Positions 25,734-38,994 of a DNA stretch of 64,000 nucleotides are shown one piece after another. Source of the DNA: Octopus sinensis (taxonomy: Eukaryota). Position 1 is the stretch's first letter. Each line of letters opens with the position of its first letter. Under the pieces are notes generated by a model. It saw nothing but the letters and a program-made list of their open reading frames with translations, was not told where the DNA came from and did not search any database. The translations under genes and the position numbers were made by a program. The DNA lies in contig NC_043002.1 in the NCBI RefSeq assembly GCF_006345805.1, positions 33,418,001 to 33,482,000 of the forward strand, read 5' to 3'.

Positions 25734-27080
25734 TATAAAATACAAAATGGGACAAGAACGCAAAACATCCGGACAACTAAGTGATACAAAAAGGGACAAC
25801 AACATCCAGATAGACGATACACAAAAAAACAAGGACGGGTCATTCGAAGCCTTTTATCTTCAGTCAAGAACCGTATCATCCTCGCAATTTCGGCTGATTA
25901 ATCTTGAGATTGCTCCAATCTGGCCAGTCCCAAAAAAAACTAAGCTAAGAGCATTAGATTCCTTGGAAAAGCATCGAATGTATACGAAAACAAGGATGGA
26001 AAAACAGATGGTGTTACACGAATATAAATACAAAAATACAATAAAAATAACAATAATAATAATATATATATATTCATACATATACATACATGCACTTATA
26101 TACACATCCATATTTAACAAGTTCAATGGCGTTAAAATTACCAGGAAGTGGAGTCTGTATTGGATTTGAAACAGTTAAAAGTAACACTTTGCATATTGTT
26201 TTTTTTTATGAACTAATACGGTATAGTTGCGAAATAACTGTTGAACGTAAAAAAAAACAGAGAAACCTTCCAAAAAATTCGTTCGCTCTATGAATATTTG
26301 ATAAGGACAACATGCATAAACTTTGAGTGATAGACTTAACCTCTTGCCCTGTTTAACACCACATCCTATCTTTTAGCTCCCGTTAGCAGAGAACTTCATT
26401 CAATTTTAAGTCTTCAGTTCGGGTCTCCTTTCTGGGGATTACTTCCGCTCTTCTTTCCACCAATCATGGAGACCCTTATAAGAGCTATGGTCGTTGCCCT
26501 TCTTTTTCAGCTAAACCTTTAGAATAAACGCAATATATAATCAGTGGCTACCAATCTCGCTCTTATTAGATTAATATATTAGCGTCTTATATAGTATTAC
26601 GATGTATATTACTGAAACAATTTACGATGTCATCTGTAGAATGGATTAACTTTGTTACAGTTTTTATTATAATGGACCCGTGGAAATTCCAGAATCGTTA
26701 GCGCGTCGAACAAAAAGCTTAGCCGGCATTTCTTCCAGCTCTTTACGTTCTGATTCAAATCCCGACGAGGTCAGCTTTGCCTTTCATCTCTGCGGAGCTG
26801 ATAAAATAAATACCTGTTAAACACTGAGATCGATGTAATTGACTTACCCATCCCCTAAAAAACTGATGGCTTCGTACCAAAATTTGAACCATATTACTAT
26901 TTTTATGAATAAATTTATTGCCCATCATAACATTCTGTCATTATGTTAAAGATTATTGATTATGTTGTTTCGATGTCGTTCCATGATTAAGGTTATTAAA
27001 GCGTAAAGCCAAAACACATTGTATGAAGCTAGGTACAAAACAAATGAAATAATACAACACACACTATTGACATGAGGTAT

Positions 27081-27310
27081 ACTCTTTACTCTCTCTCTCT
27101 CTCTCTCTCTCTTACTCTTTTACTTGTTTCAGTCATTTGACTGCGGCCATGCTGGAGCACCGCCTTTGTCAAGCAAATCGACCCCAGGACTTATTCTTTG
27201 TAAGCCTAGTACTTATTCTATCGGACCTTTTGTCGAACCACTAACTTACGGGGACGTAAACCACCAACATCGGCTGTCAAGCGATGTTGGGAGGACAAAC
27301 ACAGACACAC

Positions 27311-27369
<59 letters not shown>

Positions 27370-27564
27370 ACACACATATATAAATATAATCAAAATAAGC
27401 AACAAGAATATTTCGGCAATTTGGTACGATCGTTTCACGCTACATCATTTTATTAAATATTGTGAGTATTACAACAGTTTTAAAAACACCATACAAAATT
27501 CTGGTGCATCTAACTTAAGTACCATATTCATTTGAATCTATCTATTATCTATCTATATATATAT

Positions 27565-27595
<31 letters not shown>

Positions 27596-27797
27596 TATAT
27601 AATATATATATTATATATATACATATACATATATACGACAGGCTTCTTTCAGTTTCCGTCTACCAAATCCACTCACAAGGCTTTAATCGACCCGAGGCTA
27701 TAGTAGAAGACACTTGCTCAAGGTGCCACGCAGTAGGACTGAACCCGGAACCATGTGGTTGGTAAGCAAGCTACTTCCCTCACACCCACTCCTGCGC
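27081..27797 (-). mobile_element. SINE family 1 with a PLE-like fragment (27382-27550) inserted in its internal SSR
   Basis: 3' half at 27081-27310 and head at 27634-27797. The insert carries GAAAC-GATC-GTA on the minus strand. Confidence 0.85.
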
Positions 27798-28093
27798 CGC
27801 TAGAATCGGGCATGTTCTTATATTTCAATGTCTTATCGCTAAGAAATCGGTGCGCCCCTTACAAATGTAATAGTCCTGGGAAAGCATGTGATTGTTGTGG
27901 ACCTTTATAAAGATCAACTGCCTAAAGTATCTAAACATCTCATTTAAAATCAGATTAAAAGATAACCTTTTTAGTTTCTAAAATTTAGACATTCATTCCT
28001 CCCAGATCTTCAGGCTGGCTTTCTGCTAGTTTACGTTATATGTGTGCGTTTGTGTGTATGTGTGTGTGTGCGTTTGTGTGTATGTGTGTGTGC

Positions 28094-28124
<31 letters not shown>

Positions 28125-28274
28125 TTTTGTAAATGGATAGGAGAGCGTGTATGTGAGTTATGAAGTATTTGATTGCTATTTTGAGCAAGTCGAGCAACCG
28201 TCTATCTCACTTTCTCCTCCCTTCCTTTCTGTCTGTCTGTCTGTCTTTGTCTCTGTCTCTCCCTTTCTCTTACA

Positions 28275-28311
<37 letters not shown>

Positions 28312-29268
28312 TCGCCCACTCTCACACGCACTTTGTTTTTCATTTGGTGGTTGAACTAAGACAGGTGAATGGATTAATGTGTTCATTACTTCAGCTAGTG
28401 AGTTACCATGAGGGTAGGTGTTACGTATAACTTAACTTGGAAAGGTGATATAGTGGAAGCCTTTTTTTCGATTACATATATATACATATCACTGCATAAA
28501 CATCATTATAATAAGATTATAAACTGATATGTATATCCATTATCATTAATGCATTTGGTTATGTATTTTATTGTTTCCACTAACAATCTTGAATTGTCGG
28601 AGGTTTTCAGGACATAAGCGACCATTCATGAGGTATTCTGCAAAGCCACTCTGTAAGGAACAGTCAAAGTACGTACATTGAACACATATAATTCATAGTA
28701 TCTAGATTCTAATAATGAAACTTCTTTATTGCTCTTAGAACCCAAGCCATCATTAACAGTATGACATGAAAAAAGAAATAAGATATATGCACATAATACA
28801 TGCATACAAACATACATATACATACAGTCATGCATACATAGATTTGCAATGCCAAAATAAGTAAAACATTCAAGAAATTTAGCATGTAATACGATCTACA
28901 TATACAGTAATATCCCTCCACGCATCCTAGTGTGCACGTGCCCACACATGTCTCTATGCATACATGTAGGCGCACACACAGATATATACATACAGACAAG
29001 CAATACAGGTACACGCATAAATGCATACATACATACATACATAACATACATATATACATACATACATACATACATACATACATACATACATACATACATA
29101 CATACATACATACATACATACATACGTACGTACGTACGTACGTACGTCCATAAAAAATACCTTTGGAACTCGGTTAGAAACCGGCTCTTTCTCTATTGGC
29201 TAGAAATCTTGAAATAATACTGAATAATGACATACATACATACATACATACATACATACATACATACA

Positions 29269-29820
29269 TGGTGGCTGCCCCCTTGTTATCGAGTATGGCC
29301 ATTGCACGAAGCTTAATCAATGTTGTTATCGTGCAATGCCTGTGCAAGAAGATTTTTTTTAAAGTGAGGAAATACTGTGCACTGAGTCAATCTCACTCAC
29401 TAAGCAACAGCAGCCATAATCCGAAAAGAAGAACAAATCAACATCATCGGTAACCACTGAGCCGCAGATTTTATGTCGGAGTTATCCCAGTTACCTGAGT
29501 TACCTTCTCCTAGAAGGATGCCGTAACAAAGGCTAGGAGTCCTTCATTCCCAATGATTTAACCGCGCGATCGGGTATTCAGTCCGGTTATTTCTATGTCC
29601 CCGAGCATGATACAGCCTTAAGACATTTATTGGATGGCCGTTGACTCTGAAGAGTTCCTCCGCCCTTTGACGGGTTTTGTTTTTCATCCAGCAGGGTGTC
29701 CAATAAACACCCTCCTCACCAAGCAAACTTGGTGGGGTTGCTGGTTTAGTCGCCGACGACCCGACCATGTAACAGGTTGTACTGGGTTACATGTTACTAG
29801 TAGCACTCGAAAGTGACCTG
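29269..29820 (-). mobile_element. non-coding element within (TACA)n, possibly RTE-UTR derived
   Basis: Non-SSR, GC-richer block sharply bounded by TACA repeats. The minus-strand 5' part (..AAACCAGCAACCCCACC..GGATGAAAAAC) is reminiscent of RTE 5' UTRs. The family assignment is an inference. Confidence 0.4.
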
Positions 29821-30407
29821 ACATAATACATACATACGTACATACATACATACATACGTACGTACGTACATACGTCCATAAAAAATACCTTTGGATCTCG
29901 GTTAGAAACCGACTCTTTCTCTATTGGCTAGAAATCTTGAAATAAAACTGAATAATGACATACATACATACATACGTACATACATACATACATACATACA
30001 TACATACATACATACATACATACATACATACATACATACATACATGCAAGACTATTGTGTTGGATTCTAAATTCTGATATGTTTTGTTTCTAGGTTGGAA
30101 ACAAGTCATTTCTCGATTGATTACAAATTCAAGAATATAACGAAGTAAACGTACATACACGCGTGCATGTATTGTTTTTCGTATCTATGTTCCAACGATG
30201 GAGCTTTGTACATTTGTTAGAAAGTAGCACCTTTCTTACAGGAAATTTCAAATAAAAACAGAAGAAAAATTACATGCTTTGATGCCATGGTACAGGATTG
30301 ATGCTTAATATTTTGTAAATACCAAGCATAAATGAAGACTGTATGAGGAAGTTACATTTATCATATAAGCTTATAGAGGCTCAACAGTACTTACATAGAA
30401 TACTACT

Positions 30408-30795
30408 GTTTTACGCTTTTACTTGTTTCAGTCATGTGACAATGGCCATGCTGGAGCACCGCCTTTAGTCGAGCAAATCGACTTATTCTTTGTAAGCCCA
30501 GTACTTATTCTATCGGTCTCTTTTGCCGAACCGCTAAGTTACGGCGACGTAAACACACCAGCATTGGTTGTCAAGCGATGTTGGGGGGACAAACACAGAC
30601 ACACAAACATATACACACACATACATATACATATATACGACGAGCTTCTTTCAGTTTCCGTCTACCAAATCCACTCACAAGGGTTTGGTCGGCCCGAGGC
30701 TATAGTAGAAGACACTTGCCCAAGGTGTCACGCAGTGGGACTGAACCTGGAACCATGTGGCTGGTAAACAAGCTACTTACCACCCAGTCACTCCT
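30408..30795 (-). mobile_element. SINE family 1
   Basis: Homology to 3065-3443. Confidence 0.9.
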
Positions 30796-31549
30796 ACTTA
30801 CGAAAATAATAATTCTCTTTCTCTTACAAACATTATGCTTATGTATTTTGGTGTATTGGTCTTCCCATAGACACGTGTGTGTGTATGTGTATGTGTGTGT
30901 GTGTGTGTGTGTACACGAAGTGTCAGAAAGAAAGAAATTACGAAAATTGAACGAATGGGACGATGAAAACACAAACATGCACGCGTGAGTCCACACACAT
31001 ACACGCACGCACATACGCGCACAAGCGCCCACCTTTACATACACACCCACTCTTATGTACAAATAATATCAATATCAATCTGAGTGCATATGTCTCTTTT
31101 TCTATTCGCATACAAAGAGACCGACAGATGGACTGTCAGATACAGAGACAGATGCATATTACTTAAACGTAAATGCATGTATTTACATAAGATTTACTTA
31201 AAATATATATATATAGTGCAAAGTTTTTCAGCAAATATTAGCGTGTCTATACACCTGAAAATCACAATTATATTGAAAATACATCGTAGGACACCTTTCT
31301 GCACGTTCTTCATTTGACATATTCTCGTATAATTAATTACACATGTGGGACGGTGTTGAAGTGAATATACACGAGCTAGATTGAAGATCAAGTTACAGTG
31401 TAAACACAACCCTGTATGCATTTATATTGGAGTATACACACAGTATACTCATGTATGTATGTATGTATGTATGTATGTATGTATGTATGTATATATGAAT
31501 GTATGTATATGTATATATATATATATATTATATATATATATATTATATA

Positions 31550-31582
<33 letters not shown>

Positions 31583-31824
31583 TTATATATATATAGTAAA
31601 CATTTTGTGATTGGCTATAGGTGATCTGTGTGCAATGAACAGTATATAGTTACATCTCTTTATATTCTGATTTCAAATTCCGACCGAACTAAAATTGTTC
31701 TTCATTATCTAAGATCGATTAAATAAGCACTGGTCATCCAATGTGGTCAATATAAGCGACTAACTTTTACCTTCACAACTAATAGCGTTGTACTTATATG
31801 ATAAGCCATTATTTCCAAATGTCG

Positions 31825-32115
31825 AAGGCGCGTGGCCTAGTGGTTAGAGTGTTGCACACCCGATCGCATAGCCGTAGTTTCGATTGGTAGACTGGCAGTG
31901 CGCTATGATCTTGAGCAAAACACTTCATATCACGTTGCTGCAGTCCATCCTCGTGTAAATGGGTCAGCCTGCGACGAACTAGTGTTATGTTCGGAAAGAA
32001 CGTTAGCCTACCCGCCTAACCTGCTGTGTAGCATCCTTTAAAAGCTATAACAATGCGATGAGGGGCATTGTGACCAGCGATGTGTTACCACATCTGATAG
32101 CCAGGTTACTACGAT
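31825..32115 (+). mobile_element. tRNA-derived SINE (family 3-related), diverged
   Basis: GGCGCGTGGCCTAGTGGTTAGAGTG...TTCGATT head and CCTGCGACGAACT body. Related to 35715-35978. Confidence 0.7.
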
Positions 32116-32393
32116 GATTATTCAATGAGACAAGCAAAAGCTGTATAAATTACACATGGTTGAACCCTCAACTCCAGAGAAAGTGAGATTCACAGTCCTG
32201 TAAATAAGACTCTGAGATCATAGATACTGTTCTGAAGTGTAATAAGGACAACAATATCTTGCATTATGAGGAATATTTAGGCTAAATGTTAAGAGATATT
32301 TTATCAATACAATATCGTTGAAGACTACCTAATGGATTGTTACCCCGTGCAATAGACATTCCCAGAAAAGTTATAATAATTATTATTGTTATT

Positions 32394-32960
32394 GAGTGAG
32401 AGAGCAATGCATGCTATCAAAGTGACACTGGGGTAAAATATACGAAGCCCAGTATACCCATCATGACTACCCGTTTAATAAGGATATACCAGGAACATAC
32501 ATCACAACTATATGTGCGCGACATGGCGATATCGTATCAAGATAAACAGCGCATGACCTTGCAAGTGGGGCCCAGTTAGAATTTTCTTCAGATCAAGTAG
32601 CCTATCCTGCTCAAAACGTTCCTGAATAAGAGTTGTTTAAAGATGTTGAACGAAACACCCACGTTTCCAGAGGTGAACTATTCAAACTCCGAAGAATTCC
32701 TCTCAGCACATGGCTTTGATGCTCCCCCACTACTTCTGCTCGTGATCAGAGGTGTTCATATCGTCAGCCACAAAGGGACATACTGAACTGGTTAAGGTAA
32801 AAAACTGACAAGCAAATCTGTGGTGTTGAGCAGAGTATTTGCTGTAGCCCATCTTTTATACCAAGACAAAACAATGTACATGATAACTCTTCCAATCAGT
32901 TAAGATGAGAAGCCTTGAGAGTCAGTGCCTGGTACTGCATCAAGGTATAGTGCCCGATAC
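32394..32960 (-). mobile_element. family D (TAA)n-tailed retroposon, longest copy
   Basis: Homologous to 4643-5118 and extends ~90 nt further 5'. TAA-type repeats on both sides. Confidence 0.8.
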
Positions 32961-32985
32961 TGTATTATTATTATTATTATTATCA

Positions 32986-33051
<66 letters not shown>

Positions 33052-33919
33052 AGCTGCTGCTGTTAGTAGTAATAGTAGTAGTAGTAGTAGTAGTAGTATT
33101 TTCACTGGTCTTGTGCCAAAATTTGAAACCATTATGATTACCACAATTACTACTACTATTAATACCAGTACTTCAATATTTGATTGTTGATGTAAACGGT
33201 TGCTTATATTAGAACTTTCGAGAGAGAAAAAAAAAAGTAATTTTTAATCAGGTAACATAATTGTTTTGTTTTGTTTTCTTTTTCTCCCTTTGCTTACTTT
33301 TACCAATAAAAGACTTCAAATATTTAAACATCCTCCATCTTACCCTGTGGAAACAAGGTTCGTGAAAATAACAAATTTACTCGCTTTGAAAGATGGCTGT
33401 CTCAGTAACAACCTGAAAACGTGCTCTCCTTAGTGGTGATAGCAGTGGTCGTAATAACATTAAACGTGAGAGCCCCGCCCAACAAGCTTCCTAGTTAATT
33501 TCAAACACGTAAAATAGATTTTAAAAACGATAATGTGAAAATAAACAGACTGACTGTTATATAAAAAAAAAACACAAAAAGGAATGATGTTAAAAATATA
33601 GACTTAAAAGTCGCAGGCGTGGCTGTGTGGTAAGGAGCCTGTTCTCAGCCACATAGTTTTGGACGAAAATGGTATTTTGAGAAATATAAATCCTTTTTGC
33701 CTGAGGAATTTACACACGAGAAAGCAGTGAACAACATAAAATGACATAACTCTGTCAAGCAACGGAGGAGACTTTGCATGTCCGCGAAAAATGAATAGAG
33801 AGAGCCCAAGCCGACGTATAGCCATGAACGCTCTTCGTCGACCCAAAGAGGGCATAAGGAAACGTGTTTACTGTTTTAAGACCTATATATGTTTATTGTT
33901 CTCTTTGTAGAGTATAAGT

Positions 33920-34230
33920 GAGGTGAAAGCTCAGTGGACTCAGCTGGCAGAAATGAGTAGTACCTGTATTTCAAATGGCCAGGCTTGTCACATCCTCACA
34001 TCCTATGTCATGCTGGATCTCTCTGAGAAATGTATGACCACATCTGATAGTCAGAGCACTACGGGGATTATTCAATGAGACAACGCAAAAGTTGTGTAAA
34101 TTTACAATTGGAGCTGAGATCTCTCTGAGAAATGAGTTAAGAGTACGTAACCACTTGCACGTTAATTTCACGCTGTTCCGTTGATCGGACCAACTAGAAC
34201 CCTCGTCATCATAACCAACAGAGTACCAGA
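33920..34230 (+). mobile_element. SINE 3' part (same family as 45118-45440)
   Basis: Shares CAGCTGGCA.AAATGAGT...GGCCAG.CTTG.CACA...CACTTGCACGT.AATTT...AGAACC.TCGTCATC.TAAC with 45118-45440 (inverted). Confidence 0.65.
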
Positions 34231-34273
34231 TTTAGGTGATCGTTTTATTATTATATTATTATTATTATTATTA

Positions 34274-34316
<43 letters not shown>

Positions 34317-34382
34317 TATTATTATATTATTATTATTATATTATTATTATTATTATTATATTTATATTATTATTATTTATTA

Positions 34383-34422
<40 letters not shown>

Positions 34423-34438
34423 TTGAAAACTTCAAACT

Positions 34439-34995
34439 GGCGTGGCTGTGAGGATAAGGTGCTTGCTTTCTAAATATGTGGTCTGGAGTTGATTTCTACC
34501 GTGCGGCACCGTGGACAAGTGTCTTCTACTATAGCTCCAGGCAGCCCCAGGCTACCAAAAACCTTGCAAGTTCATTTGGTTGACGGAAACTGAGAGGCGC
34601 CCGCTGTACGCACATGCATACATACATACATACATACATACATACATACATACATACATACATACATACATACATACATACATACGTACATGCATACATA
34701 CATGTGTGTGTATGTGTGCGCGTGTCTGTGTGTGTATCTGTGTGCGCGTACCGATATATGTGTCCCTTTGTGTGTATGATGTATTTGCCCTACCACCACC
34801 ATCGTTTGACAACCGGTGTTGATTTAATTAGTGGCTGTAATTTAGGGAATCGGCAAAAGAAGCTGATAGAACAAATCGCACACTTAAAAATATACATGAA
34901 GGGGGCGAGGCAATTTGCTTAACTAAAACCTTCAAAGTTGTGTCCCAGCATGGTCGCACTTCGAAGACTGAAACAAGTAACAGATTATAGAAAGA
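34439..34995 (+). mobile_element. SINE family 1, old diverged copy
   Basis: Head, internal (TACA)n/(TG)n and tail CCCAGCATGGTCGCA...GACTGAAACAAGTAA. Confidence 0.8.
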
Positions 34996-35078
34996 TAGAG
35001 AAACTTTTCTCGCCATTCACTGGATTCATTTGTAGAACTACTCTTACATATACAACAATAGTATTGCGTATTTCAACA

Positions 35079-35255
35079 CGGCGAGCTGGCAGACACGTTA
35101 GCACGCCGGGCGAAATGCGTAGCCGTATTTTGTCTGCCGTTACGTTCTGAGTTCAAATTCCGCTGAGGTCGACTCTGCCTTTCATCCTTTCGAGGTCGAT
35201 AAATTAAGTACCAGTTACGCACTGGGTTGATCTAAATTTCGGGTTTTGTACCTAA
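35079..35255 (+). mobile_element. SINE family 2 (Nin-like)
   Basis: Close match to 15467-15620. Confidence 0.85.
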
Positions 35256-35714
35256 AATAGAAAAGAATAGTATTATCGTATTTCCTTGGTGATTGCCATT
35301 CTCCGACATTACATACAGGTTTCTGAAAAAAAATTGGTGTTTAGATATAAAAATGCTAATTCTTAGAGGGACATGAACAGCGTATTCAGTGTATGTGGCT
35401 GATGAAGCGTAATAAGGCCCCAAAATACGTATCCTTAAAGTCCGATTGCACCAGTCATAGCCCGGCGCGGGGAGATTTTATGCGTATTATCCATAGGGAG
35501 AATTTCTCACCGGTCAGTTTCCGTAATGATTGAATAGTTACAATATATGTGTGTGTGTGTCTATAAATATACATATATAAATAAATACAAGCATATATGC
35601 ATACATATATGCATCCATAAACATATATATATATATACATATGTACATGTATCGTTATATCAATACGCACACACATATACATGTGTTCATGTATATATAT
35701 ATATATATATGACA

Positions 35715-35978
35715 AGGCACGTCGCGTAGTAGTTAGGGTGTTTCGTTCGCGATTACTAGATCGTGGGTACGATTCCCTGACCAGGCAACGCGTGCATTTC
35801 ACGTTACTTCAGTTCACTGCTGTAAATGGGTAACCCTGCGACAGAAAAATCTTCCGTTTAGGAAGCATGTTGGGCTAATCTCCTAGTTAACTGCATGGCA
35901 TCATTCGAAAGCTGAAATAATGCGAGGCGCATAGTGATCAGCGATGTATAACAACATCCGATAGTCCGGTCAATACCC
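35715..35978 (+). mobile_element. tRNA-derived SINE (family 3-related)
   Basis: Homology to 31825-32115. Its last ~60 nt are duplicated at 36092-36150. Confidence 0.7.
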
Positions 35979-35991
35979 TGATATATATATT

Positions 35992-36090
<99 letters not shown>

Positions 36091-36148
36091 ACGATGTATA
36101 ACAACATCCGATAGTCCGGTCAATACCCTGATATATATATTTATATAC

Positions 36149-36180
<32 letters not shown>

Positions 36181-36181
36181 G

Positions 36182-36309
<128 letters not shown>

Positions 36310-36455
36310 TATATATATTATATATACGTATATAACGTACACGTGTACCATAAGATCATTAGTAATAGTTATGTTAACAATAGCAATTATCATAATTTAG
36401 TGAGGAGGGAGAGTGGTCTAAATGTAGTAGTAGTAGTAGCGACAGCAGCAGCAGC

Positions 36456-36492
<37 letters not shown>

Positions 36493-36499
36493 TGTTTCA

Positions 36500-38030
36500 A
36501 ATAACCTGTAGAAACCAGTCGAACCAGTTGGGTAAGCAAGTGTTGGTCACTGATTGGACAAAACATATTGATTTATATGTATCGACTCTGAAATTATTGA
36601 ACTGAGATGACATATTATGAGGACAGGCAATAGGAAGACAAGAATACTGGTCAATTGTCCAAGCTTCAAGTAAACTTTCACATGACTTAGTCCAATGACG
36701 AAAACTCGTCGCAACTACCCCACTTTGTAGAAATAAAAGCAAAATATTTTCTACTGTCTTAAACAAAAAAAAAGACACGCTAGATAACATAATTCTAGAT
36801 ACAATATATTTGAAAAGGATGATCTGGTTGGCAACATCTGTATTGGATTTGATCATAAATTATATAGGTGAATGGTCATCTGAGGCTTCTCTCTTGTTCT
36901 GTCGTAAAATCTGTACAGGTTTGGGGTCAACGATTATACGTCTTTAAACTATAGATCATCAGTCATATGTTAGGTTTACAGTCATATTCCAGATTTAGTC
37001 CAGTTTGTCGCATAGTCTACTATAACGGTTAACAGTTAGCATTCATATGAATCTGACTTACTGGTCAAATGTCATATGACTCAAGACTTTGGGTCAGCAA
37101 CCCTAAGGGCCTAAATTTAAATCGTTTGAGCCATGTGAATTATAGTTTAACTTGCACGTAAGACTCATTATGAACTCACTAATGAAACCATTGCTGAGAC
37201 CAGATAATATTTTCATGTCAATATTAACCAAAGGCCATTGGCCTAACCACTAACTAAATAAAAGATCACAAATTAGATCTTTTTTAGCCATTATCATAAA
37301 CAGTATTTACGAATCAGAACCAAGTCATACGACTCCAGTTATGTTCTTTCTCTTGTAACGCTGTCATGTTCATGACCCAGGTACAGGTCACCAGTGATGT
37401 TGCAGCTTAGATTAGGAATACAGTCAATTTCTTCTTTAAATCATAGGATACAGTTGAAAATTGTTTGCTCTATCCACAACACAGACTGTCTAAACTATAG
37501 AGCACCAAGTGTAGAGCACCAATGTACTCTCCTCAGTGTTTGTCATCAGAGGATATATTGTCGGTCCCTCTAGCGTCCAAGTCAGGTTTCTGTCCAAAAT
37601 AAGAGTCTGTCGAAACAATAAAACATCCGATATTATGCTGTTCTAAATAGAGATGAAATTTTTATCTTGTCCAAAATATAGTTCAGCAATAATATTATTG
37701 TCTATTTCGGAGACAGTCATGTTTGTGCCTTAATTATAGATCAGCAGCTATATTACAGCTCACGCTAAAAAGTCAAGTGTCTGTAAAAATAATAAGATAT
37801 TATGGTGGAATTTCTCCCATTAGAGAAACATTCAGTTTCCTGTCCAAAAAATAGATCATCAATGATGAGACTGTCCGCTTTTAAAACACTGTGCAGCTTC
37901 AGTCAAAGTGCAGGCCACCAGCTGATACTACTGATCACTCTAGTAACCAGCTTTTATATAACAAGGATGACTGAGCTCGATGGAAATTTACAGGCTATTA
38001 ATAGTGTAAGTATAGATTGTATATACAGAA
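36500..38030 (+). mobile_element. heavily degraded CR1/L2-type LINE RT region
   Basis: Remnants in correct order: LNYR.IS (~36945), QGSILGP-like (~37545-37570), NIRYYA (YADD-like, ~37625) and MVEF (W.MEFN-like, ~37802). Confidence 0.45.
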
Positions 38031-38113
38031 GGTAACTTAAGTCAGATAGACTGTCGGGAGAAATAGACATAAAGTGAACAGGATAATTAGAAAACTTGAC
38101 ACATATACAGATA

Positions 38114-38160
<47 letters not shown>

Positions 38161-38204
38161 ATATGTATGTATGTGCTCTCTCCTTGTATATATATATGTA
38201 TGTA

Positions 38205-38353
38205 GTCTCTCCGTGTTTTTTCTGTGTCCCTTTCTGTAGAAGAGCGTAGGCTCGAAGCTTAAAAGACTTTTCTATTCATGAGCGTTATAGTAATACATCT
38301 GTTTGTTTTGTACGCCAACTGTCTTCGTCTTTTGTTTTTTTCGTAAACTCTCC
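38205..38353 (+). mobile_element. Penelope-like terminal fragment (family H1) with degenerate HHR at 38230-38265
   Basis: CTTT-CTGTAGA-A-GAGC/GTAG/GCTC-GAAG-CT-TA-AAAG. Ends in (TA)n. Confidence 0.55.
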
Positions 38354-38836
38354 TATATATATATATATGCACACACAACATATATTATGTGTGTGTGTGT
38401 CTATGCATAAGTATGTATTTATTAACAGAGATCAACAATCATAAGTTTATGGAATATATTTTACATGATCTGCTAAATAATTTTACATGATTTAACAATA
38501 TGTATCATTACAGGTGTTTCGGTGTACACTATGAATTGAAGATATTATTATGCATATTGTGCAAATAGGTGTAAACGTCAGGGTTTTAGTAATTAAAAAG
38601 CATTTGAACAAATATAATACAAGTATGCATAGACCATCATATATAAGCTTAGCGTCCAAGTAGGTAATGATGGGGTTTGAACTAAGAGCGTAAAAAGCCT
38701 TGAGAAACGCTGCCAAACATTCTGTTCTTATAGGTCCTACAACCGACTATGCTGGATTAGTACAATTATATCGGCCCCGAGAGGATGTAATACAAACTAG
38801 ACTCCGACATGTCTAGCTTGAAATGATACCGCTTAT

Positions 38837-38868
<32 letters not shown>

Positions 38869-38872
38869 GATC

Positions 38873-38948
<76 letters not shown>

Positions 38949-38994
38949 ATATATACCTACATTATAGGCATATATACCTATATATATTTATATA

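Larger units (their letters stand above)
23864..27600. repeat. tandem duplication, two ~1865-bp copies (23864-25734, 25735-~27600)
   Basis: Identical ORFs in the track are offset by 1867 (23993/25860) and 1864 (25260/27124). Breakpoints lie in (TA)n. Confidence 0.95.
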
